From the IMG/VR virus record IMGVR_UViG_3300046519_000369: a stretch of 20,000 bases of DNA. One strand, given 5' to 3'. Positions 1-8,689 of this stretch are shown piece after piece. The notes under the pieces were generated by a model that worked only from the letters and a program-made list of their open reading frames with translations, searched no databases and was not told where the DNA came from. Position numbers and translations under genes: made by a program. Each line of letters opens with the position of its first letter. The first letter of the stretch is position 1. The stretch comes from an uncultured virus (IMG/VR IMGVR_UViG_3300046519_000369). Its lineage: Duplodnaviria; Heunggongvirae; Uroviricota; Caudoviricetes.

Positions 1-710
1 ACCTATTTTATATTGATAAAGGGACTAGCTTATTCACTCCACGTGTAGCTGGAGTTTTCGAATTACAAAAGGAATTTGAGCGTTTCAAACGTATTACCCC
101 TTCATTTTCTGGATCTACATGGACCAAATTAGGTACTGCGGCTATAGGCGAGGCTGGAATTCTATGTTTAGAGATCCTTGGAACGAATAGCTATACTCAA
201 GGAAATCCTTCTGCTTCTTCTGCGTTAGGGAAAACAATAGTATTTGCACAGTGTAAAAATAACTCAAATGCTGCAAATGCAAATATCCAAGCCACATGGC
301 ATCACATAGGAAATGGGGCAGGTATTCAAGAGGTACGTTTCGTACAAACATCTACCAATAGGTATGTTTATGATGTTTATGTCCTTCAGTCTTCAAATGC
401 ATATATTTCTTGTGCAGCAGAAATTAGTGGTGGTGATGCATTTGTTTGGGATATACAACGCTTAGTTTCAAAACCTACAGGTGGGGGTTCAGGAGATGTA
501 AATACACCAACAATGCTAATTGCATATCCTTATGTCAAGCTTCAAGCAGGTTCTGGATTTATTGGAGTAGATGAATCTGGTAATCCAATGCTGGGTGGTG
601 TTTCAACTACTACTGCTATGACTGGAACAGCCAGTCCCTTACCTGCACAACCAGCAGGATATTTATCGATTAACATCAACGGTACAGTTCGGAAAGTTCC
701 ATATTATTAA
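1..710 (+). CDS. Phage tailspike/tail fibre, C-terminal part (5' truncated by window)
   Basis: Frame 3 is open from base 3 (LFYIDKGTSLFTPRVAG...) to TAA at 708-710, so ORF 513..710 is only its tail. It ends in TASPLPAQPAGYLSININGTVRKVPYY, typical of phage tailspike C-termini. Confidence 0.75.
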   Translation, partial: LFYIDKGTSLFTPRVAGVFELQKEFERFKRITPSFSGSTWTKLGTAAIGEAGILCLEILGTNSYTQGNPSASSALGKTIVFAQCKNNSNAANANIQATWHHIGNGAGIQEVRFVQTSTNRYVYDVYVLQSSNAYISCAAEISGGDAFVWDIQRLVSKPTGGGSGDVNTPTMLIAYPYVKLQAGSGFIGVDESGNPMLGGVSTTTAMTGTASPLPAQPAGYLSININGTVRKVPYY

Positions 711-719
711 TAGTAAATA

Positions 720-750
720 AAGGCTCTAAGTGAAATCTTAGGGCCTTTTT
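720..750 (+). terminator. Rho-independent terminator
   Basis: aaggctctaag-tgaaat-cttagggcctt followed by T run. Confidence 0.75.
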
Positions 751-774
751 ATTTCTTATAAAATTTCTTAAAAA

Positions 775-2607
775 ATGGTGAGAAAAATGGCAACAGTAAA
801 TGCAATAGATGTAATTGATGGTGATAAAAATCAACATGAAATCAATGAGCTAAATACAGGGGTAATAAAAAATATCGATGAACTTAGGGAATTCATAGGG
901 TCTTTCCAAAATCAAATGGCGCAAACCATTGAATACCATGCTGGTAGTGGCTATGGTGGTGCACTATATAAGTGGGATAGTTCAGCCAATGAGGATGATG
1001 ATGGGTGTTCTGTAATTGCAGTTACAGGTGTTGGTATAGGGCGCTGGAAACTTCAATTAATTAACAGAACCATTCATGCTACACAAGCAGGGCTACTTGC
1101 GAACTTGGCTCAAACCGATCTAATTAACCAGTCATCTATTGTTCAAAAGTGTATAGATTACATCGCACTAATAGGGGGCGGGGTTGTTAAACTTCCAAAA
1201 GGTCACATTTACGCGCAGGTTCTAGCGAAGTCCAATGTTGAAATTCATGGCACATTTGAATCATTCGTGACTACAAAAAACTATGCGGAAATATCGGCAA
1301 ACCCAACTGGAGTAGTGCAAACTGTTAGATATGAACATGGTACTTTCTGGCACTCAACAAGCTCAACAGATTTATTCTTTATGCCCGAAAACGTGTCTAA
1401 TTGCACAATTTCTAATTTAAAAATGCTGGGTCTGCGACTGGACCAATCATCATCAGCGTGCGGTTTTGGTATGCGCATCACTGGCGATAGTTTTACTGCA
1501 AAATACGTGGATACATCAGGATTTAGGTTTGAAGGTTTGTATATTCGCGGCAAGGTTGGGGTTGATTGTGGAAATCACTATTTTGAGAATTGTAATTTTG
1601 ATGATGCACGACGCAATACAGCAGCACTGATCTTCTGTCATGATGTGCATTTCAAAAATTGTAAGTTCCGACAATTAAAGCCTGAATTATCGTGGATTTA
1701 CTTGTTCGACATCGAACCAAACCCTAGTACGTCTGACACTGTTTATAACGTGACAATGGAAAACTGTGAATTTAATGCAGTTTCTAGTTTAGATGCCGAA
1801 CCCACTGTTTTGGTTAAAGAGCAAAATACTCCTACAGGATCACCTAACGTTAAATTTTTAAATTGCCGATTCAAGGGGGTTGCTACAATACGTAATAATT
1901 GTGCTAACGGATGGAAGGATTGTATTGTAGATAACTGTGAGTTTGACACTTATGCTTTTAGTACAACACTTGGTTATACAATTTTATCAGGTAAGTTTAC
2001 AAACAATCGCATGTATGGATTAGTAGCTAAAGGGTTTTCTTTTAATACGCCTGCGACAGGGGACTTTATCATTGAAGGTAATATTTTTAATGATACTGTA
2101 TTCACTTCAAATATTTTAACAAGTCAAGCATCATTTGGGCTGAATACTTTTACAGGTACAGCAACATTAGTAACACCAATAGACCGCAGATCAATTACCG
2201 CTCAATATCGCATCACTCCATCCGTTCTTGAAGTTGTAAGCCCAGTTGGGGCTGCTTTAACAGCATATAGTCATATTGAAGTTAGACAAATTAATCTATC
2301 AACAACTTTAACGGATATCTTAACGACTCGGCTACGCTCAGGTGTAAAGATTACCATTACAGGTTGCGATGCCAATGACTCGATAGGGAGCAAGGCTTTC
2401 GTAGAGCTATTTATTAATAGCGACAATACTGCAAGCGCTACAGCAGCTCAGGAAATACTTAACCCTGCTACTTATGGAATAACTTTTGCTTGGAGTGGGC
2501 GAACTCTGCAATTAGCCTCCAAGTCCACAGCAGCCAATCAGTTTATTATTAAGGTCGAGGTTTTCGCAGCGTTGCCGCAGTATAAGGACGTAGCATGGTT
2601 AGTTTGA
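775..2607 (+). CDS. Second tailspike / capsule depolymerase, right-handed beta-helix (start probably 787)
   Basis: 610 aa. GGALYKWD...DDDG...GRWKL neck, IVQKCIDY...GGGVVKLPKG beta-helix entry, and repeated ENCNF/KNCKF/ENCEF/LNCRF/DNCEF rungs. Confidence 0.8.
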   Translation: MVRKMATVNAIDVIDGDKNQHEINELNTGVIKNIDELREFIGSFQNQMAQTIEYHAGSGYGGALYKWDSSANEDDDGCSVIAVTGVGIGRWKLQLINRTIHATQAGLLANLAQTDLINQSSIVQKCIDYIALIGGGVVKLPKGHIYAQVLAKSNVEIHGTFESFVTTKNYAEISANPTGVVQTVRYEHGTFWHSTSSTDLFFMPENVSNCTISNLKMLGLRLDQSSSACGFGMRITGDSFTAKYVDTSGFRFEGLYIRGKVGVDCGNHYFENCNFDDARRNTAALIFCHDVHFKNCKFRQLKPELSWIYLFDIEPNPSTSDTVYNVTMENCEFNAVSSLDAEPTVLVKEQNTPTGSPNVKFLNCRFKGVATIRNNCANGWKDCIVDNCEFDTYAFSTTLGYTILSGKFTNNRMYGLVAKGFSFNTPATGDFIIEGNIFNDTVFTSNILTSQASFGLNTFTGTATLVTPIDRRSITAQYRITPSVLEVVSPVGAALTAYSHIEVRQINLSTTLTDILTTRLRSGVKITITGCDANDSIGSKAFVELFINSDNTASATAAQEILNPATYGITFAWSGRTLQLASKSTAANQFIIKVEVFAALPQYKDVAWLV

Positions 2608-2611
2608 TGAG

Positions 2612-2639
2612 AAAAAAAGCACTCTAGGGTGCTTTTTTT
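2612..2639. terminator. Bidirectional terminator
   Basis: aaaaaaagcactctagggtgcttttttt. Confidence 0.8.
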
Positions 2640-2736
2640 CTTTTTTAGATTACATGTATAACCCAATAAACAACCACAGGCCCTTTGCTTCAATAGCTTA
2701 GGGCATTTTTATTACCTAAATTTTCTGGAGATATAA

Positions 2737-3126
2737 ATGGAACCAGTTTCTACTAGCGGTTTAACAGCACTTTTAAAATTTTACGGTGCAGCAATTATGG
2801 TGACTTTAGCGGTCGCATTAGTTGCTGCAGTTGTTTTGATGACACGTATGCCGCGCTCACCTCAAGAATGGGCCGTGGGGCTCATTTGTACGGTTGTATC
2901 AAGTCTCGCAGGTGGCTCATTTATTATCGTGAAGTGGGGGCTTCATGAATGGGTTACTGATGTGTGGGGAATGATTGCCTTAGGGGGCTTCTTCTTCATA
3001 TGCGGTATTCCCGGCTGGGCTTTAGTTCGATGGATCTTTAACTTCATTGCTAAACAAGAAGGTAAAACAATTGTTGAAGTGATCAAAGAAGTTAAAAAAG
3101 CCAAAGATGATATTCAAAATAGTTAA
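2737..3126 (+). CDS. Phage holin
   Basis: 129 aa, ~3 TM segments, charged C-terminus, GGAG RBS, upstream of the endolysin. Confidence 0.8.
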   Translation: MEPVSTSGLTALLKFYGAAIMVTLAVALVAAVVLMTRMPRSPQEWAVGLICTVVSSLAGGSFIIVKWGLHEWVTDVWGMIALGGFFFICGIPGWALVRWIFNFIAKQEGKTIVEVIKEVKKAKDDIQNS

Positions 3127-3244
3127 CCGCCTTCAGGCGGTATTATTCAATAGTTCACTTATATTTCTGTCATCTGTCGGAATTAATCAAATGATTTAGA
3201 GACTTGTTTATACTAAATGTTCAAAATAAAAACAGGATAACGCC

Positions 3245-4117
3245 GTGAAAAAGATAATTTTAGCAACAGTAATGGGTTTCAGTGGAGTAGGTAGTGCTTT
3301 TGCCGAGTGTACCTATAGCTTTGATGCAACTTTACAGGATTTAAAAGCATTAGAAGCAGCAGTAGGTGGAAGTACATCAAATTACCGATATATTGAGAAA
3401 GTTGCCAATATAAATAGCGCTAATCAATCTGGTTATGATCTTATAAATTATTACTCAAATAAAAATGTTGACTTATATTTAGCTTCTAAAAAGTATGCTC
3501 AATTTAAAACCCAGTATCATCTTAAAACTCCAGATAATGTTGTTTTAATTGATAAGCCTATTGCCACTTCAAATATCTTTGTCCAAGAATTTGTTTTTGA
3601 TGTTAGCAATTTGCAAGTCAATCTTGGTACTACTTCGCAAATTTATAATTACGGTTTTTTAGTCACAGGTTCTTCTCAGAGCAAAATAGAATTAGCCTTA
3701 AACGTAATTTTTGTTAAAGCAAATAATTATTCAGGCGCGATAAATGGTAATTCTATTACTGTGTTGGGTGTAACTAATAAATCAGATGGTACAGGTTATC
3801 TAGCGCCTTTAAGTGCCGCTAGCACAAATATTCCTGTACAAATACCAGCTGATGGAAAGGTCAGAGTGGGCATTTATGTAAACCAAAATAGCAAACAAGT
3901 TGGTTATATAATTAATGGTACTAACTATGGCTATCTAAATATTGTTATGGAAAACAAATTAAGTAATATCAGCTTTACTGGTGTAATTAATCAAAATCCA
4001 TTTGCTAACTCTGCTTTGACTGGTAAAACGGTTGGGCTTCAATTGGTTACAGATAAGTCTAAAATGCAGTTTACTTATCCTACTGGAGCTAAGGATATTT
4101 GTGGAGTAGCGTTGTAA
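3245..4117 (+). CDS. Secreted protein, DUF4882-like (moron)
   Basis: Signal peptide (..SAFA-ECTYSFDAT), N- and C-terminal Cys, beta-rich; resembles Acinetobacter DUF4882 proteins from memory; flanked by hairpins at ~3125-3141 and ~4151-4168. Confidence 0.6.
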   Translation: MKKIILATVMGFSGVGSAFAECTYSFDATLQDLKALEAAVGGSTSNYRYIEKVANINSANQSGYDLINYYSNKNVDLYLASKKYAQFKTQYHLKTPDNVVLIDKPIATSNIFVQEFVFDVSNLQVNLGTTSQIYNYGFLVTGSSQSKIELALNVIFVKANNYSGAINGNSITVLGVTNKSDGTGYLAPLSAASTNIPVQIPADGKVRVGIYVNQNSKQVGYIINGTNYGYLNIVMENKLSNISFTGVINQNPFANSALTGKTVGLQLVTDKSKMQFTYPTGAKDICGVAL

Positions 4118-4329
4118 AACTGCGAATTAAATTAGCTATTTTTTCTCAACAGCCACCTTCGGGTGGTTCTATTTTATAAAAGAGTAGTTTTGAGGTTTAA
4201 TTTATTTTTATTAAGTGATTGAAAGTATTGTATTATTTTTTAGTAATAGTTAAAATCTTCGTCACTTTTAATAATATTAATTTTATTAAAATTTCATATA
4301 AATATTTGATTAGTATAAGGGTGTTTTAA

Positions 4330-4668
4330 ATGTTGAGATGGCTTATCTTTCTTGTTATTCCTATCATGCTTCCAGGTTCTTTATATCCTCTGTTGATTGA
4401 GTTAACTAAAGCATTTAATGACATAGCTCAAAGAGTTGTTGCCCTTATAGTTATGTATATTGTAGCTGCTTTTATTGCTGCGACAGTAACTTATGAAAAT
4501 AATCCATATGGTAATAAATTGAAACCTGTCATTGTAGTGTTATCAATTGGAGCATTATTATTTTTTATTTCTTCCAAAACTTTAATCGCGATTATTTATC
4601 TTATTGCAAGTATATTTATAGTTGTAAAGTGGCATAAGAAATTTAAGGATAAACCTTTGCCAAATTGA
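4330..4668 (+). CDS. Small multi-TM membrane protein (moron)
   Basis: 112 aa, ~4 hydrophobic segments, very AT-rich leader, own terminator. Confidence 0.65.
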   Translation: MLRWLIFLVIPIMLPGSLYPLLIELTKAFNDIAQRVVALIVMYIVAAFIAATVTYENNPYGNKLKPVIVVLSIGALLFFISSKTLIAIIYLIASIFIVVKWHKKFKDKPLPN

Positions 4669-4702
4669 ATAGCAATTTAACTAGTTAAGAATATTTCAAC
4701 CT

Positions 4703-4724
4703 AACCCGCATATGCGGGTTTTTT
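4703..4724 (+). terminator. Rho-independent terminator
   Basis: aacccgc-atat-gcgggtttttt. Confidence 0.8.
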
Positions 4725-4743
4725 ACGTCCAAAGGAAAGTGAA

Positions 4744-5289
4744 ATGAACATTGAACAATATCTTGAAGAATTGATTAAACGCGAAGGTGGTTACGTGAAT
4801 AACCCTGCTGACCGTGGTGGCGCAACTAAGTACGGTATTACTGAAGCAGTTGCTCGAGCAAACGGGTTTAAAGCCAGTATGAAAGACTTACCTCTTGAGG
4901 TGGCCAAGTCTATTTATCGTAAACAATACTGGATCTCACCGCGTTTTGATCAGGTGAATGCCGTTTCTTCTGCAGTAGCTGAAGAGTTATTAGATACCGG
5001 TGTGAACTGTGGTACCGGCTTTACAAAACCACTTTTACAGCGTGCATTAAACCTACTGAATAATCAGGGTAAAGCAGGGTGGTCAGATTTAACTGTTGAT
5101 GGAATTTATGGTCCAGCGACATTAAATGCACTAAAAACTTTTCTGGCCAAACGTGGGAAAGATGGGGAGAAGGTTTTGCTTCGAATACTCAACATCATGC
5201 AAGGCCAGCGTTACATTGAAATTTGTGAACGTAATCCAAGCCAAGAACAATTCTTTTACGGTTGGATTGCTAACCGAGTTTCATTATGA
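4744..5289 (+). CDS. Endolysin, glycoside hydrolase family 108 with C-terminal peptidoglycan-binding domain
   Basis: EGGYVNNPADRGGATKYGIT motif, VDGIYGPATL, FFYGWIANRV end. Confidence 0.95.
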   Translation: MNIEQYLEELIKREGGYVNNPADRGGATKYGITEAVARANGFKASMKDLPLEVAKSIYRKQYWISPRFDQVNAVSSAVAEELLDTGVNCGTGFTKPLLQRALNLLNNQGKAGWSDLTVDGIYGPATLNALKTFLAKRGKDGEKVLLRILNIMQGQRYIEICERNPSQEQFFYGWIANRVSL

Positions 5290-5384
5290 AGGTTCTGGTT
5301 TTGCTGTGCATTTTGCTTTCAAGATGCACAGCTCATACTATCAATAATAATGTGAATGTGGGTATTTGTGTGAAAGCTCTCTGA
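5286..5384 (+). CDS. 32-aa lipoprotein-like lysis-cassette peptide (not in ORF track)
   Basis: MKVLVLLCILLSRCTAHTINNNVNVGICVKAL*; ATGA overlap with the endolysin stop; homologous copies at 7490 and 8598. Confidence 0.75.
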   Translation: MKVLVLLCILLSRCTAHTINNNVNVGICVKAL

Positions 5385-5398
5385 CGAGGGCTTTTTTT
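5373..5398 (+). terminator. Lysis cassette terminator
   Basis: aaagctctc-tgac-gagggcttttttt. Confidence 0.8.
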
Positions 5399-5495
5399 AT
5401 AAATAATTTTAACTGTAAAATCTAGAGCATAATTGACCATACTAACTTAAATAGCAGTAACTTTCATGCTAAATGGATTAGTTATTTTACATATA

Positions 5496-5918
5496 TTAGT
5501 CCAGAAGCCCAGCTATCCAGAAACCATGATTTGCGCAACTATCGGGAATAGAAGGGGTGACATGTGTAGATTTTACTTCATCTAATAGGCCACCGCCTAT
5601 TGATATTTCTTCGCCAATTAAAACAGATCGATTTGAAAAACTATTGGTAATTTTAAATATACCATTTCCTAGGTTTTCTAATTTGCTGCCATAGCGCCAA
5701 ATAATTAATGGACCCGTTTCATCGCCGAGTCTGATACATCCATTTTTATCTGCATAAAGCTTTCCATGTGCTGAGGCCATCATTGAAATATTACTTCTAG
5801 TATTGCTTGTGATAAGTATCGGTTGAATAGAGACCTCTTCATTGTTAGCTATAATAGGCTTTATCATGCAAGAAGTAACACTAATAGTCATTAACGATGC
5901 TAAGAGTTGTATTTTCAT
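5496..5918 (-). CDS. Lipoprotein, hypothetical (immunity-like)
   Basis: Lipobox-like VTSC; GKL...GCIRL...LIIW...IGEEISIGGG...IPDSC. Confidence 0.7.
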   Translation of the reverse strand: MKIQLLASLMTISVTSCMIKPIIANNEEVSIQPILITSNTRSNISMMASAHGKLYADKNGCIRLGDETGPLIIWRYGSKLENLGNGIFKITNSFSNRSVLIGEEISIGGGLLDEVKSTHVTPSIPDSCANHGFWIAGLLD

Positions 5919-5930
5919 ATAAGGGCTTTT

Positions 5931-6359
5931 TTACTTTTTAGTAATAGGTTCTATAAGTTGATTGATAATAACACCTTTACTTAGATCACATGCTGGTTCG
6001 GGTTTAACGATCCAGTTGTAGTCATTCAAATTAAGTGCATAAGCTTCTCCACTACCATAAGCAATAGTATCACCCTCTTTATATTCTTTTGAGTCAACAA
6101 TTAAAAGATGCTTATTGCTATCCCAATGAGCATCTTTAGTTGCGAAAACAGGAAGGACTCGATCACTTTCATGCATTAAATAAACACACGAATCTTCAAT
6201 TTTGATTTGTGCCTCGCTATAGCTTGCATTATCAGCAACGCCTGAGTAAGCAATTTTTGGCACAATAACCTTATTTTGAGGCTGAGAAGGATTAATACAT
6301 CCATTAAGCAAGATGACTAATCCAGTTAGAAAAGTGATTAAAATATTTTGTTTATTCAT
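5931..6359 (-). CDS. Lipoprotein, probable distant paralog of 5496..5918
   Basis: Lipobox LNGC; SCVYL...LPVF...EGDTIAYGSG...EPAC. Confidence 0.7.
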   Translation of the reverse strand: MNKQNILITFLTGLVILLNGCINPSQPQNKVIVPKIAYSGVADNASYSEAQIKIEDSCVYLMHESDRVLPVFATKDAHWDSNKHLLIVDSKEYKEGDTIAYGSGEAYALNLNDYNWIVKPEPACDLSKGVIINQLIEPITKK

Positions 6360-6515
6360 ACTTAATATACTAATGAAAAGCCTAAATTATAAAATTCGTC
6401 AGTAGACAGGTAATAGTATTCATTACATTGCCTAACTCTAGCACACGAGATAAGATTGATAGAATTTCATCAATAAAAGTTGATAAATAAAATGACTATA
6501 GTTTAGGAAAGATGA

Positions 6516-6884
6516 ATGGAAAGCGAATATACATATAGTTGTCTTTTAGCTGATAGAGGTATTCCACTATCATTAATCAATCCTGGAAGTACTGAGGTAG
6601 CTTTATATTTTGATGATGCTCTAATGGCTTTGGAAATGCATAAAAAAAATAAAACTATAATTTTAGGGGGGGATGTACTAATAGAAAAAGATGGTGAATT
6701 AATGTACGTATATCAATTATGGGGAAATGAGTATATTTATCTAAATTGGTATTTTGAACCTAATCAGAATAACTTGTCAGATTGTTACATGGCGAGTCAT
6801 GAAGCTGCTCTTAAGAACCTCTGTGAAATTAAAAAAAATAGTGATCAGTTCAAAACAACTTGCCTTATTGTTTTTGTTATCTAA
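6516..6884 (+). CDS. Imm40-like polymorphic-toxin immunity protein
   Basis: GIPL...EVAL..DDAL..L...ILGGDV...NWY...S pattern characteristic of Imm40. Confidence 0.75.
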   Translation: MESEYTYSCLLADRGIPLSLINPGSTEVALYFDDALMALEMHKKNKTIILGGDVLIEKDGELMYVYQLWGNEYIYLNWYFEPNQNNLSDCYMASHEAALKNLCEIKKNSDQFKTTCLIVFVI

Positions 6885-7048
6885 TTATTGTTTCCAACTA
6901 AAGTCACCTAATTTTTACTTTTTCTATAGAAAAAATTAACTTATTTCGGTTTGCAATTAGTCTTATTTATATATCAAAGCCTTATTATAAATAAGCTGGG
7001 ATATTTTTTTAGATTAAAATTTAAACTTATTCATTTAAAGAGAAAACT

Positions 7049-7423
7049 ATGGCTAATATTAAAATTCATGCGGGCGACTTCAATAAAGGAAAAGGAACTA
7101 TAAGTTTCATGTTTGGTAATTGTTCAATTACTCCTCCTTATGGTGACGGTGATAAATGGGCACCAACATCACATCCTATTGTTTCTGGGAATATTGAGGA
7201 AATATCCTTAGCCACGGAAGAGAATGTAAAAAGAATTGGTGGCACAGTTGGATGGGGGATTGCTGGGGCTGCTCTACTTGGTCCTTTAGGTTTATTGGCT
7301 GGTCTACTATTAGGTGGAAAAGGAAAAGATGTAACATTCATCTTAAAACTTAAAGATGGTAGAAAAATGCTAGCAACAACTGATAGTAAGTCATATACAA
7401 AACTTTCCGCTTTAGCTTTTTAA
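7049..7423 (+). CDS. Hypothetical protein with glycine-zipper membrane segment
   Basis: GGTVGWGIAGAALLGPLGLLAGLLLGG between beta-rich segments. Confidence 0.75.
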   Translation: MANIKIHAGDFNKGKGTISFMFGNCSITPPYGDGDKWAPTSHPIVSGNIEEISLATEENVKRIGGTVGWGIAGAALLGPLGLLAGLLLGGKGKDVTFILKLKDGRKMLATTDSKSYTKLSALAF

Positions 7424-7427
7424 ACCG

Positions 7428-7493
7428 ATTGAAATCTGTGAGCGCAACCCAAGCCAGGAGCAATTCTTTTATAGCTGGATTGCTTCACTATGA
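7428..7493 (+). pseudogene. Endolysin 3'-end remnant
   Basis: IEICERNPSQEQFFYSWIASL* versus endolysin IEICERNPSQEQFFYGWIANRVSL*; many synonymous changes and a 9-nt deletion. Confidence 0.9.
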
Positions 7494-7588
7494 AATTTCT
7501 GGTTTTGCTGTGCATTCTATTTTCAGGATGCACAGCTCATCCTATAAGTACAAATGTGAATACTTCTATTTGCGTTAGATCACTTTAA
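7490..7588 (+). CDS. Second copy of the 32-aa lipoprotein-like peptide
   Basis: MKFLVLLCILFSGCTAHPISTNVNTSICVRSL*, followed by ccctga-tttc-tcaggg hairpin. Confidence 0.7.
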   Translation: MKFLVLLCILFSGCTAHPISTNVNTSICVRSL

Positions 7589-7784
7589 AAAAATCCCTGA
7601 TTTCTCAGGGCTCAGTTTTCCTTAAATAAAGGTACCTTTTGGTCATCATAATTGCCCTCTATCCCAATTAGAGCGTGAAATTGGCTATGATATTTTCGGT
7701 TTAGAAGGATACTTAGATGGTGGATCACATCACATAGTGAATTTTTTGATAATTTAATCAAAACCAGAGGCTAAGATAACTAAT

Positions 7785-7807
7785 AAAAAAGGGGCTTTTC
7801 GCCCCTT
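7785..7807 (-). terminator. Terminator for 7827..8246
   Basis: aaaaaaggggc-tttc-gcccctt type hairpin with A run on the left. Confidence 0.75.
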
Positions 7808-7826
7808 AATTATTTAAACTTCTTTT

Positions 7827-8246
7827 TTATTTACTTTTGAAAATATAAATACCACTAAGAATTAAGAACATAGCTTGGAATAAAAACCATCCAAGTGTTG
7901 AATAATTAGAACACTTAGTGATGGAATCATAAATAATCTCCTTATAAGATACGGTTTCCATCATGTTTAGTAGTATTAATTCAGCTAATAATAGAACTAG
8001 AGAAATAACAGTGTAAAAATACTTATTTCTTATAAAAATTAAAATTATTGAAACGATGATCGATAATAAGCCACACATCCCTAACATTGATGGATCATTA
8101 GCTGAAACCCCATTTAACTCTTTAAAATAGGTAATAGTGCCTATAGCAATATATTCATTAATACATAAATCTTGCCCAAACTTATCTATCGTATATCCGC
8201 CTATACCTGATAAGAATAAAAATAATATGGCTACATATCTAATCAT
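7827..8246 (-). CDS. Orphan multi-TM immunity protein, paralog of 9451..9894
   Basis: YFKELNGVSANDPSMLGMCGLLSIIVSIILIFIRN aligns with YLRDMQGSADDDSVLIWFFGIISVVLGLIMFFVKN; starts 3 nt after the effector remnant stop. Confidence 0.75.
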   Translation of the reverse strand: MIRYVAILFLFLSGIGGYTIDKFGQDLCINEYIAIGTITYFKELNGVSANDPSMLGMCGLLSIIVSIILIFIRNKYFYTVISLVLLLAELILLNMMETVSYKEIIYDSITKCSNYSTLGWFLFQAMFLILSGIYIFKSK

Positions 8247-8249
8247 AAT

Positions 8250-8594
8250 TTACAAACTCAATTTTAATGATGGATCAAATTTCCATGTTTCAACTTGTAG
8301 TTCTGGATCTGCTCGGCAAGTTCCTTGGCATCCATCTGGAATTGCTATTACATCACCATTTGCATCTGTACAGATCACAACAAAAGTTTCATAGAGCCAA
8401 TCAGGATTCCTTTTATCAATGTTCATCAACTCTGCTGTTAATCCTACTTGCATCTCTCCAAAGCCATAGCTGTTATGAGGGTAGACTTCACCTAAGTTAA
8501 GATAAAAGGATAAGAGGTTTTTTCTATAAGCCCATACACCATGCATTTTTTCTTCAAATACAATAGATGCAACGATCTGAGGATCTATTACATT
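8250..8594 (-). pseudogene. Truncated, internally deleted lytic transglycosylase effector remnant
   Basis: Frame extends upstream of 8546: IDPQIVASIVFEEK...PHNSYGFGEMQVGLTAEL...NGDVIAIPDGCQGTC matches VDPLAVGSIIFQEK...PHRSYGLGEMQLGLAADL...NGIIYSKPDNCEAC of 9891..10889. Confidence 0.85.
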
Positions 8595-8595
8595 T

Positions 8596-8688
8596 GATGC
8601 TCAGCTAATACGATCAATAGCAATGTGAATGTATCAATCTGCGTTAGAGCACTTTAAAAAAAGCCCTGAGGGATCAGGGCTATTTTTG
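8596..8688 (+). pseudogene. Third, 5'-truncated copy of the small lipoprotein plus terminator
   Basis: CSANTINSNVNVSICVRAL* (8598-8657), then agccctga-ggga-tcagggct. Confidence 0.85.
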
Positions 8689-8689
8689 T

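Noticed and set aside
142..1949. Minus-strand ORFs 142..351, 1281..1553, 1743..1949
   Set aside because: Antisense shadows of the tailspike genes
5153..5347. 64-aa ORF overlapping the endolysin end as an Rz1-like gene
   Set aside because: No signal peptide or lipobox; the conserved frame is the 32-aa ORF at 5286
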